Positions 8,425 to 15,103 of a DNA stretch of 64,000 nucleotides are shown here, in pieces. The translations under genes and the position numbers were made by a program. Each line of letters opens with the position of its first letter. Within the stretch, counting starts at the first letter, position 1. The DNA is from Acidimicrobiales bacterium (GTDB lineage: Bacteria; Actinomycetota; Acidimicrobiia; Acidimicrobiales; VFJN01): assembly GCA_035316325.1 (NCBI GenBank), contig DATHJB010000058.1, positions 10,578 to 74,577 on the forward strand, in the 5' to 3' direction. The notes below the pieces were generated by a model, which made no database searches, was not told the origin of the DNA, and saw nothing but the letters and a program-made list of their open reading frames with translations.

Positions 8425-9194
8425 TCGCCGCCTCCTTCCGCGGTCTCGTCGCCCTCGGCTTCGGCTTCGGTGGCCTCGGGGTCGTCCGACTCGGGCATCG
8501 GCTCCACGTCCACGATTCCTGGCCAGGGCTTCACCATCCGGGCCACCAGCGGGAAGTCCTTGCGGAGGGGGTGGCCCTCGAACCCGCCCGGCAGGTAGAG
8601 GTGGCGGAGGCCGGGGTGGCCGTCGAAGGTGATGCCGAACATCTCCCAGCACTCCCGCTCGTGCCAGTTGGCGCCGGCGAAGAGGCGGGTGAGGGTGGGG
8701 ACGCTGAACGGGTCCTCCGGCACGTCGGCCTTGATGATGACGCTGGTGTGCGTCTTCACGTTGGCCAGGCGGGTGAACACCTGGAAGCGGGTGTCGCCGC
8801 CGGCGTAGCCCTGCTCGATCGTGGCCGGGTCGACCTGCGGGATCCCCGGGGGAGCCGACGAGCCGTTGGTGCTGGGCGTGTCGAGGATGGCGTCCTCGTA
8901 GCGGCCCCACGGCGACGGCATCCAGTCGATCGCGGAGAGGAAGTCGAAGAACGTGCAGCCGAGCTTCACCTTGGCCAGCTCGACGGCCTCGACCCAGTCG
9001 GCCCGGTCGACCCGGACCCACAGCTCGCGGCCGGGGAGGATGTGGCTGCCGAGCAGCCGGTCGCCCAGCGCCTCGGTGAAGGTCGCGAGGAGGCCCTCAC
9101 GCACCTCGTCCTTCGGACCTTCCTCCGGTTCCTCGGCAGCTCCCTTGGTGCCGTCGGCTTCTGCGACGTCGGTGTCGCCCGTCGTGTCGCTCAT
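8421..9194 (-). CDS. nuoC: NADH-quinone oxidoreductase subunit C, set 1, with acidic N- and C-terminal tails
   Basis: The internal ATG at 9194 overlaps the nuoB stop (ATGA). The NuoC core is present ([33 protein letters not shown]). Confidence 0.9.
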   Translation of the reverse strand: MSDTTGDTDVAEADGTKGAAEEPEEGPKDEVREGLLATFTEALGDRLLGSHILPGRELWVRVDRADWVEAVELAKVKLGCTFFDFLSAIDWMPSPWGRYEDAILDTPSTNGSSAPPGIPQVDPATIEQGYAGGDTRFQVFTRLANVKTHTSVIIKADVPEDPFSVPTLTRLFAGANWHERECWEMFGITFDGHPGLRHLYLPGGFEGHPLRKDFPLVARMVKPWPGIVDVEPMPESDDPEATEAEAEGDETAEGGGE

Positions 9195-9691
9195 TGGACG
9201 ACGATCGGGTCGCCGCGCCAGCGGGCCGCGGGGTCTTCGTGGCGGATCTTCTGCTGCAGCAGCACGATGCCCTCGAGCAGCGCCTCGGGGCGGGGCGGGC
9301 AGCCCGGCACGTACACGTCGACGGGGACGATCTGGTCGACGCCCTTGGTGACCGAGTAGCTGTCCCAGTAGGGCCCGCCGCAGTTGGTGCAGGAGCCCAT
9401 CGAGATCACGTACTTCGGGTCGGGCATCTGCTCGTAGAGCCGCTTGATCGACACGGCCATCTTGTCGGTCACCGTGCCGGAGATGACCACGAGGTCGGCC
9501 TGGCGCGGGCTGGCCGGCAGCGGGATGACGCCGAGGCGCATCACGTCGTAGCGGGGGCCGGCGAAGGCCGCGCCCATCTCGATCGCGCAACAGGCCAGGC
9601 CCCACTGGTAGCACCACATGCTGTAGCGGCGGCTCAGGTTGAGGAGCGTGGTGAGTGACTTCGGCAGCTTGCCGCTCTCGACGAGGCCCAT
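9191..9691 (-). CDS. nuoB: NADH-quinone oxidoreductase subunit B, set 1
   Basis: 166-aa ORF. The cluster N2 ligands are intact ([27 protein letters not shown]). Confidence 0.95.
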   Translation of the reverse strand: MGLVESGKLPKSLTTLLNLSRRYSMWCYQWGLACCAIEMGAAFAGPRYDVMRLGVIPLPASPRQADLVVISGTVTDKMAVSIKRLYEQMPDPKYVISMGSCTNCGGPYWDSYSVTKGVDQIVPVDVYVPGCPPRPEALLEGIVLLQQKIRHEDPAARWRGDPIVVQ

Positions 9692-9739
9692 CTCAAGCGC
9701 TCGGGTTCTGTTGCATCGGGTTCATGGGATCGGTTCCCG

Positions 9740-10105
9740 TCAGGTCCAGCGGAGGACGTTCTTCTTCCAGGCGTACAGCAGGCCGAGGGCGAGGATCAGG
9801 ATGAAGACCCCCATCTCGACGAACCCGAACCAGCCGTAGGCCTCGGCTCGGGTGGCGTACGGGAAGACGAAGACAGCCTCGACGTCGAAGAGCACGAAGA
9901 GCAGAGCGAAGATGTAGTACCGGACCTGGCTCTGGGCCCAGCCGGACCCGACCGGGTCGACCCCGGACTCGTAGTTGATGTACTTCTCGGCCTGCGGCCG
10001 CACAGGGCGCAGGAGACGTCCGATGCCTAGCAGCGCGGCGACGAGGGCGGTCGAAACCCCCAGGAAAACGCCGGCTACGAGGTAGGAACGGAGCAGGTCC
10101 GACAT
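9740..10105 (-). CDS. nuoA: NADH-quinone oxidoreductase subunit A, set 1
   Basis: 121-aa ORF with three TM helices and NuoA motifs (YESGVDP, FDVEAVFVFPY). It is the first gene of the operon. Confidence 0.9.
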   Translation of the reverse strand: MSDLLRSYLVAGVFLGVSTALVAALLGIGRLLRPVRPQAEKYINYESGVDPVGSGWAQSQVRYYIFALLFVLFDVEAVFVFPYATRAEAYGWFGFVEMGVFILILALGLLYAWKKNVLRWT

Positions 10106-10118
10106 CGTCTCGGGAGAC

Positions 10119-10136
10119 TAGTGATCGTTTGCACGA
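10119..10136. promoter_or_regulatory. Rex-operator-like palindrome upstream of nuoA (set 1)
   Basis: The site TAGTGATCGTTTGCACGA matches 10 of 14 half-site positions of the Streptomyces ROP consensus TTGTGAA-N4-TTCACAA. It lies 14-31 nt upstream of the nuoA ATG, in a 71-bp intergenic gap. Confidence 0.3.
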
Positions 10137-10176
10137 GCGGTCTAACCATCCGTGGGTTTCTCCCCCTCCGGTGGTT

Positions 10177-11751
10177 CTAGTAGCACCCCTGTCGCTGGCT
10201 GATCGTGCCGGCGTAACCGACCGCGATCTCGGTGACGGTGCGGCCGTCGGTGCCGTAGGCCACGGCCTTGCCGTCCTGGGCGTAGGAGATCATGAGGTGG
10301 CCGCCGGGGTTGACGGGATGGCCGGTCACCTCGACGTTCCCGCGATGGGCGTTGCGGACGTCGTCCTCGGTGGCGCCCAGCCGCACGCCGGGCTCGGTGA
10401 CCCGGGGCGAGCCGGGAGCGGCCGTGATCCCGATCGATGCCAGCTGGCCGTCCTGGGGGTCGGTGACGCCGGTGTCGTCGTCGGGGCTGCGGAAGCGGAG
10501 GGTGAGGTCGGGGGCGCCGGGCACCTTGGCGTCGTAGCAGGCGCCACCGCTGGTGACGAAGGTGGCCTGGTCGACGTTGGCCTTCACACCGGCCGCGGTG
10601 AGGTCGCGGAGGCTGGCGCCGATCAGCAGGGGGCCGAGGCCGTTCGGGGTGAGGCGGGCGTCGGCGGCGAGGCCGGGGACGCTGGGGACCGTGGTGGTGG
10701 GCCGGGCGGTCGTCGCCGTGGTGCTGGGGGCCGCGGTGGTGTTGGTGGTCTCCTCGGCACCCGATGGGTCGTCACGGCGGTTGCCGAGGAAGTTCCCGGC
10801 GGCGAGGACGGCGAGCACCGCGACGGCGAGGAGGATCACCGCCGTGCGGGTGTTGGACCCGTTGGCGTCGCCGAAGCGGCCGCGCAGGGGGGTGTCCGGG
10901 CCCTTCGGGGGTGTCGACGCGGGGGCTGGCGCCGAGGGGCGTGGGCCGCCGCGGCTGTCGCCGTCGGGCGGGTCGATGTCGTCGAAGCCGGCGGGCTCGT
11001 CGCCGGTGATGAGGACGGCGGTGCTGCCGAGGTGGTCGGCCAGCGACGGCTGGCTGAGGGGCGGGGGCTCGGTGATGGGCCGGATCGCCGGCCGGGCGGT
11101 GATGGACAGGGGCGGCTGCTCCGCCATCGCCCGCTCGATGTCCGCCCAGAAGCTGGGCCCGGGCTCCGGCACCGGCAGGGTCGCCAACGCGGCTCTCACG
11201 CCCCGCTGCCGCGACTGCCCCTTCTGCGGCCGCTCCCCCACCGCCGCGACGACGACCGGCTCGGGCTCGTCGTCGGCAGGCTCAGGCTCCTCGACCGCGG
11301 GCGGTGGGTCGGCGGGCGGTGGGTCGGCGGCGACGAGCGGCTCCTCGACCGCGGGCGACGGGTCGACGGGGGCCGGGGACTCGGTGGTCGGCGACGCCGG
11401 GGACGGGTCGGCCGGGGCCGCGGATTCGCTGGTCGGCGACGTGGCGGCCTCCAGGGCGGCGACCGTCGGTGCCGGCGTGGTGAGCTTCGGCCTCGCCCGG
11501 TGTCCCCGCCCACGCCTCGCTGTCGAACGATTGGCTGCGGGCGGCTCCGACGCCTCGACCGGCCCGGCGACCTCCTGCCGCTCGGCGTCGGCCGCTTCGT
11601 CCGGCGGCTCGACCGCGACGGGTTCGGTCGATGCGGTCACCTCTTCCGACGGCGTCGCCTCGGGAGCCTCGTCGGTGGGGGCCGGCGACGTGGAGGCGGG
11701 GTTCGGGCGCCGGGGAGGGGTGCGGCGGCGGGTGTTGCGGGATCGGGCCAT
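10177..11751 (-). CDS. Proline/acidic-rich single-pass membrane protein coupled to the ECF sigma factor. Candidate non-canonical anti-sigma factor.
   Basis: The internal ATG at 11751 overlaps the sigma stop (TGATG). The N-terminus is basic (MARSRNTRRR). It is followed by about 330 aa of Pro/Glu/Ala-rich sequence with repeats, one TM helix (TAVILLAVAVLAVLAAGNFLG) and a C-terminal domain of about 165 aa with 2 Cys. I saw no HxxxCxxC anti-sigma motif. Confidence 0.6.
   Translation of the reverse strand: MARSRNTRRRTPPRRPNPASTSPAPTDEAPEATPSEEVTASTEPVAVEPPDEAADAERQEVAGPVEASEPPAANRSTARRGRGHRARPKLTTPAPTVAALEAATSPTSESAAPADPSPASPTTESPAPVDPSPAVEEPLVAADPPPADPPPAVEEPEPADDEPEPVVVAAVGERPQKGQSRQRGVRAALATLPVPEPGPSFWADIERAMAEQPPLSITARPAIRPITEPPPLSQPSLADHLGSTAVLITGDEPAGFDDIDPPDGDSRGGPRPSAPAPASTPPKGPDTPLRGRFGDANGSNTRTAVILLAVAVLAVLAAGNFLGNRRDDPSGAEETTNTTAAPSTTATTARPTTTVPSVPGLAADARLTPNGLGPLLIGASLRDLTAAGVKANVDQATFVTSGGACYDAKVPGAPDLTLRFRSPDDDTGVTDPQDGQLASIGITAAPGSPRVTEPGVRLGATEDDVRNAHRGNVEVTGHPVNPGGHLMISYAQDGKAVAYGTDGRTVTEIAVGYAGTISQRQGCY
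11297..11326 (-). repeat. Perfect 15-bp x2 tandem repeat inside the proline-rich membrane protein gene
   Basis: GCGGGCGGTGGGTCG occurs twice in tandem and encodes ADPPP-ADPPP. It is flanked by further imperfect Pro/Ser/Ala repeats (ESAAPADPSPA / ESPAPVDPSPA). Confidence 0.8.
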
Positions 11752-12599
11752 CAGCTCTCGAGGACGTCGTCTTCGGGCGGGGCGGTGTCGGGGGCGGCGG
11801 TCGTGGTGCCCGCGGTGCGGGTGCGGCTGGTGGGCTTGCGGCGGGTGCCGGTCGAGCGGGCCCGGGGCGTCGAGCGGCGCGACTTCGCGGGCTCGGCATC
11901 GGCGGCCGGGACGTGGTGGGGATCGCCGTCGCTGTCGCCGTTCGGCTTCACCAGCTTCACGTGGCCGCCCAGCTCCGGCACGACCTCGTCGGCGTCGGCC
12001 AGCTGGGCGGGCGGCGGAGGCTCCTCCGACTCGGCCGGCGGCGGCAGCTCGACCACGGTCTCCTGCGGCGACGAGCCGGGGTCGCCCACCACGAAGGCCC
12101 GCCAGCGGTAGCGGGCCCGGGTCAGGTCGGCGGCCGTCTCGCTCTCGCTGCGGCCCAGGATGCGGGCGGTGGCCTCGAGGCTGAAGCCCTCCCCGTCGAC
12201 CAGCACCAGCGGCACCCGCTCCTCTGGCGCCAGCGCCCGCAGCCCGGCGAGCCGGCGCGACGCCGACGCGAGCGGGAGCGGCACCCGCGGCCCGACCTCC
12301 GCGGGCGGCGCCGGACGTTCGGCGGCCCAGCGGATCTCGTTGATGCAGGCGTTGTAGACGATGCGGTAGAGCCACTCGGCCACCGAGCTCGGCGGCACCA
12401 CCATCGGCAGGGAGCGCCAGGCCCGCAGGTAGGCCCGCTCCAGCACCGGGTCTACCCGGTTGGGCTCGGCGGTCAGGCGCGCCGCCAGCCGCCGGAAGCG
12501 CGGATCGTAGCGGCGCAGCAACGCACCGAACGCCTGCCGGTCGCCCTGACGGGCTCGCCGGAACAGTCTCTTGTCGGGAGGACCTTGTCTACCGCGCAC
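11751..12599 (-). CDS. ECF-type RNA polymerase sigma factor with a C-terminal extension of about 100 aa
   Basis: 282-aa ORF with a GTG start. Sigma-70 region 2 is present (AFGALLRRYDPRFRRLAARL...WLYRIVYNACINEIR), as is region 4 (LAPEERVPLVLVDGEGFSLEATARILGRSESETAADLTRARYRW). The tail is Pro/acidic and then basic. Confidence 0.8.
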   Translation of the reverse strand: MRGRQGPPDKRLFRRARQGDRQAFGALLRRYDPRFRRLAARLTAEPNRVDPVLERAYLRAWRSLPMVVPPSSVAEWLYRIVYNACINEIRWAAERPAPPAEVGPRVPLPLASASRRLAGLRALAPEERVPLVLVDGEGFSLEATARILGRSESETAADLTRARYRWRAFVVGDPGSSPQETVVELPPPAESEEPPPPAQLADADEVVPELGGHVKLVKPNGDSDGDPHHVPAADAEPAKSRRSTPRARSTGTRRKPTSRTRTAGTTTAAPDTAPPEDDVLES

Positions 12600-12668
12600 G
12601 CAGCAGGCATCTCACCACAGACGCGCCCCCCACGCGCGCCATCTGGGAGATCGCCCGCAGGTTCCTCG

Positions 12669-12893
12669 TCACAGGAGCGGGGTCAGACCCGGTCCGTCGA
12701 ACTCACCGTCCTTCGAGCCTCCCAAGAAGGCCGCCCACTCGCTCGGGGTGAACGTGAGGATCGGCCCGGTGGGAGACTGCGAGTCCCGCACCAGAGCGTT
12801 TCCGCTGTCGTCGAACGCTACTTCGACGCAGTTGTCCGCACCGCTGTGCGAACTCTTCCGCCAGCGACCTTGGCCTACTCGGGGACCTGTCAC
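12669..12893 (-). CDS. DUF397 domain protein
   Basis: 74-aa ORF with the hallmark WRKSSHSGADNCVEVAF. The GTG start is preceded by a perfect AGGAGG (12899-12904) at 5-nt spacing. GC3 is lower than in neighbouring genes. Confidence 0.8.
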   Translation of the reverse strand: MTGPRVGQGRWRKSSHSGADNCVEVAFDDSGNALVRDSQSPTGPILTFTPSEWAAFLGGSKDGEFDGPGLTPLL

Positions 12894-12951
12894 GCCATCC
12901 TCCTAGCCACCCGGCTTCACCAGCTCGACGCTGAGAACCTGAGTCCGCCGG

Positions 12952-12972
12952 CCGTACGAGACGTCTCTACGG
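12952..12972. promoter_or_regulatory. Near-perfect 21-bp palindrome in the DUF397/XRE divergent region
   Basis: The sequence is CCGTAcGAGACGTCTCTACGG. The core GAGACGTCTC is a perfect 10-bp palindrome, and the flanks are complementary apart from a 1-nt bulge. Confidence 0.35.
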
Positions 12973-13164
12973 AGTTACGAATAGTAAAGGGATCTTACGC
13001 GGCCACGACCGCTAGTCCTTCTGGACCCGAGGGCTGCGCCCGGCGGCCCAGCGCCAGTCGCAGACGGCGAGAGGTCGCATCGCATGTGTCGAGTGGCCGA
13101 TGTCATAGAGACCAGAGCGCTGTGCTGCTTGCAAAGTGACGGGTGCGGGTAGGTAGGGGCCAAA

Positions 13165-13190
13165 TGCCACCTACTATCTGACAGGTGGCA
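13165..13190. promoter_or_regulatory. Inverted repeat (candidate XRE operator) upstream of the XRE gene
   Basis: The sequence is TGCCACCT-N10-AGGTGGCA, with perfect 8-bp arms. It lies 37-62 nt upstream of the ATG at 13227. A TACTAT (-10-like) hexamer sits in the spacer. Confidence 0.4.
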
Positions 13191-13226
13191 GATTGCTACA
13201 TCAGACAGACCGAGGAGTAGACCAGC

Positions 13227-14132
13227 ATGGTTGCCGGCATTGACGACCCGGCGGTGCGAGGCCGGAGATTGCGCGCCGACCTGAGGCGGCTGCGCGACAG
13301 GGCCGGATTCACCCAACGTGACGTCGCATCGGCGATGGACTGGTCGCTGTCGAAGGTGATCCGCATCGAGAACGGCAGCGTCGGCATCTCCGCCAACGAT
13401 CTCCGGGTCCTCCTCCCGTACTACGGGATCGACGACACCGCGGAGATCAACGGCTTCATCGAGGCCTCCAAGGTGGCCCGGAAGGATCCCTGGTCCGAGT
13501 TCCGCGACGTCCACAGCGCGGCCTTCCTCTCTTACCTGGGCTTCGAGAGCTCGGCGAAGCGGGTGCTGCAGTACGAGCCGGCCCTCGTGCCCGGCCTCCT
13601 GCAGACGGAGGAGTACGCCGACGCCACCATGGCCGGCGTCTACCTGTTCGAACAGAAGTCAGCCAACCGTCGGTGGGCCGCTCGCCAGCGTCGCCAGGAG
13701 CTGCACGAGAGCGCCGACCCTCCGAAGATGCACTTCATCCTCGACGAGGCAGTCATCCGTCGACATGTCGGTGGTGCGTCGGTCATGCGACGGCAACTCG
13801 AACGCCTCAAGTTCTGGGGCGAGCAGAAGCACATCCTCCTCCAGATCGTGCCGTTCAGCGCCGGTGCCCACCCCGGGATGAAGGGCCCCGTGGTGATCCT
13901 CGAGTTCGAGGACGACGACGATCTCCTGTACCTCGAGGATGCGGCCGGCTCGACGACCCGGCGTGACGATCCCGAGGAGACCGCTCCCCGCCGCGAGCTC
14001 TTCTCCAACCTCGAGGAGATCGCTCTCTCGGAGGCTCAGACCCGCGACGTCATCGATGGCGCGATCCGAGACCTCCTGAAGGCCCCCGACAGCAGGACGA
14101 CGAAGAAGGCGACAACCGCGAACAAGACCTGA
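13227..14132 (+). CDS. XRE-family helix-turn-helix regulator with a WhiJ/DUF5753-like C-terminal domain
   Basis: 301-aa ORF. The HTH is LRRLRDRAGFTQRDVASAMDWSLSKVIRIENG. C-terminal motifs (LVPGLLQTEEYA, VIRRHVGG, LQIVPFSAGAH) are typical of the actinobacterial XRE partners of DUF397. GAGGAG lies 9 nt upstream of the ATG. Confidence 0.85.
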   Translation: MVAGIDDPAVRGRRLRADLRRLRDRAGFTQRDVASAMDWSLSKVIRIENGSVGISANDLRVLLPYYGIDDTAEINGFIEASKVARKDPWSEFRDVHSAAFLSYLGFESSAKRVLQYEPALVPGLLQTEEYADATMAGVYLFEQKSANRRWAARQRRQELHESADPPKMHFILDEAVIRRHVGGASVMRRQLERLKFWGEQKHILLQIVPFSAGAHPGMKGPVVILEFEDDDDLLYLEDAAGSTTRRDDPEETAPRRELFSNLEEIALSEAQTRDVIDGAIRDLLKAPDSRTTKKATTANKT

Positions 14133-14139
14133 GCGATAG

Positions 14140-14173
14140 CGGCTGGGCCGGCGCGGCAACGCCGACCCAGCCG
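14140..14173 (+). terminator. GC-rich hairpin downstream of the XRE gene
   Basis: The arms are CGGCTGGGCCGGCG and CGCCGACCCAGCCG (13 of 14 paired) with the loop CGGCAA. It starts 8 nt after the TGA. There is no T-tract. Confidence 0.4.
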
Positions 14174-14306
14174 AAGGCACACTCCTGGCCCCTTTGACCG
14201 AACGAGGAATGTGACGATGGATCAATGTAGCAACACCGGGCGGCGACGTCTGCGTGACTGCGGCGCTACGGGATGTAGCGCAGAAGTCCGGCTGGAGTGA
14301 CCTCCG

Positions 14307-14621
14307 GTGGCCGGGCGAACGAAGCTGATGATGGTCCTCAGCAGTGGCATCACGACGGCCGTGGTGCAGGCGTCGAATGCCGCATCCCGCCTCGGACCGT
14401 CGACGGCCGTGTTCCTGGGCGTCGGGCTGTTCGTCGTCGTGGCGGTCGTCGCGCTGGTGCTGTTCTCCGACAAGGCGACCGACAACCTGGTGCGGGTCAT
14501 CGCGATGGTGCGCGGCATCGTGCCGCGGGCGACGTCGCTCAGCCGCCGGTCGAACGACGTGAACGGGGACGACGCTCACGACGGGGGTGACCGCCAAAGT
14601 TCGCCGGCCGGTGATGGCTAA
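14307..14621 (+). CDS. Hypothetical small membrane protein (1 TM)
   Basis: 104-aa ORF with a GTG start (an internal ATG-ATG is possible). GC3 is high, consistent with coding. There is one hydrophobic helix (AVFLGVGLFVVVAVVALVLF). I recognised no family. Confidence 0.4.
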   Translation: MAGRTKLMMVLSSGITTAVVQASNAASRLGPSTAVFLGVGLFVVVAVVALVLFSDKATDNLVRVIAMVRGIVPRATSLSRRSNDVNGDDAHDGGDRQSSPAGDG

Positions 14622-14632
14622 CGTCGCCGGCC

Positions 14633-15103
14633 GTGGGGCGTGTGATCGTGCAGGGGCTGGATGGGAAGGTGTGGACCGTCAGGCGGCGGTGGGCGCCGCG
14701 GCTGTTCGGGGACTCGCTCTGGAGCCGCCTCCGGCGTCGGGTCAAGGGCGCGATGCACCGGGGCGAGGCGGTGACGGACATCGGGGACGCGGGCTGCTTC
14801 CTCGACCTGTTCAGCGAGCTCGCCGTGGTGCTGGTGGTCGGCGTGGTCGTCTTCCTGGTGGTGTTCGTCGCGGTGCCGCTGCTGGTCGCCCTGCTCGACG
14901 TCGTGCTCGTGCTGCTCCTCACGGCGGGGAGCGTCGTGGGGCGGGTGGTGTTCCGGCGGCCGTGGACGGTCGAGGCCCGGGCCGACAACGGCACGTCGCA
15001 CACCTGGAAGGTGGTCGGATGGCGCGCCGCGCACGCCCACCGTGACGAGGTCGCCGCCAGCCTCGAGGCCGGCATCGTCCCCGCGGAGTCCGTCGTCGGC
15101 TAG
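14633..15103 (+). CDS. Hypothetical membrane protein (2 TM hairpin flanked by Arg/Trp-rich segments)
   Basis: 156-aa ORF with a GTG start and high GC3. The central hydrophobic block is LAVVLVVGVVVFLVVFVAVPLLVALLDVVLVLLL. Its stop overlaps the nuoN (set 2) stop (CTAG). Confidence 0.5.
   Translation: MGRVIVQGLDGKVWTVRRRWAPRLFGDSLWSRLRRRVKGAMHRGEAVTDIGDAGCFLDLFSELAVVLVVGVVVFLVVFVAVPLLVALLDVVLVLLLTAGSVVGRVVFRRPWTVEARADNGTSHTWKVVGWRAAHAHRDEVAASLEAGIVPAESVVG

Noticed and set aside
9692-9739. Short direct repeats (CGGGTTC twice) in the nuoA/nuoB (set 1) spacer, considered as a regulatory element.
   Set aside because: The repeats are only 7 nt, they form no convincing stem, and the spacer is of ordinary length. 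There is insufficient evidence.
1-10105. The possibility that the EFG-less nuo operon is a decaying pseudogene cluster.
   Set aside because: All eleven reading frames are intact. Their starts are coupled, the Fe-S ligands in NuoB and NuoI are conserved, and GC3 is high throughout. Nothing indicates decay.
12975-13514. A 179-aa minus-strand ORF spanning the DUF397/XRE intergenic region and the XRE N-terminus.
   Set aside because: It overlaps the well-supported XRE CDS in antisense. It has an odd composition and no Shine-Dalgarno. The region is better explained as a regulatory intergenic region.
12600-15103. The lower-GC islet considered as an integrated mobile element or prophage remnant.
   Set aside because: There is no integrase or recombinase, no flanking direct repeats that I could see, and no tRNA target. 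I kept it only as a compositionally atypical accessory islet.
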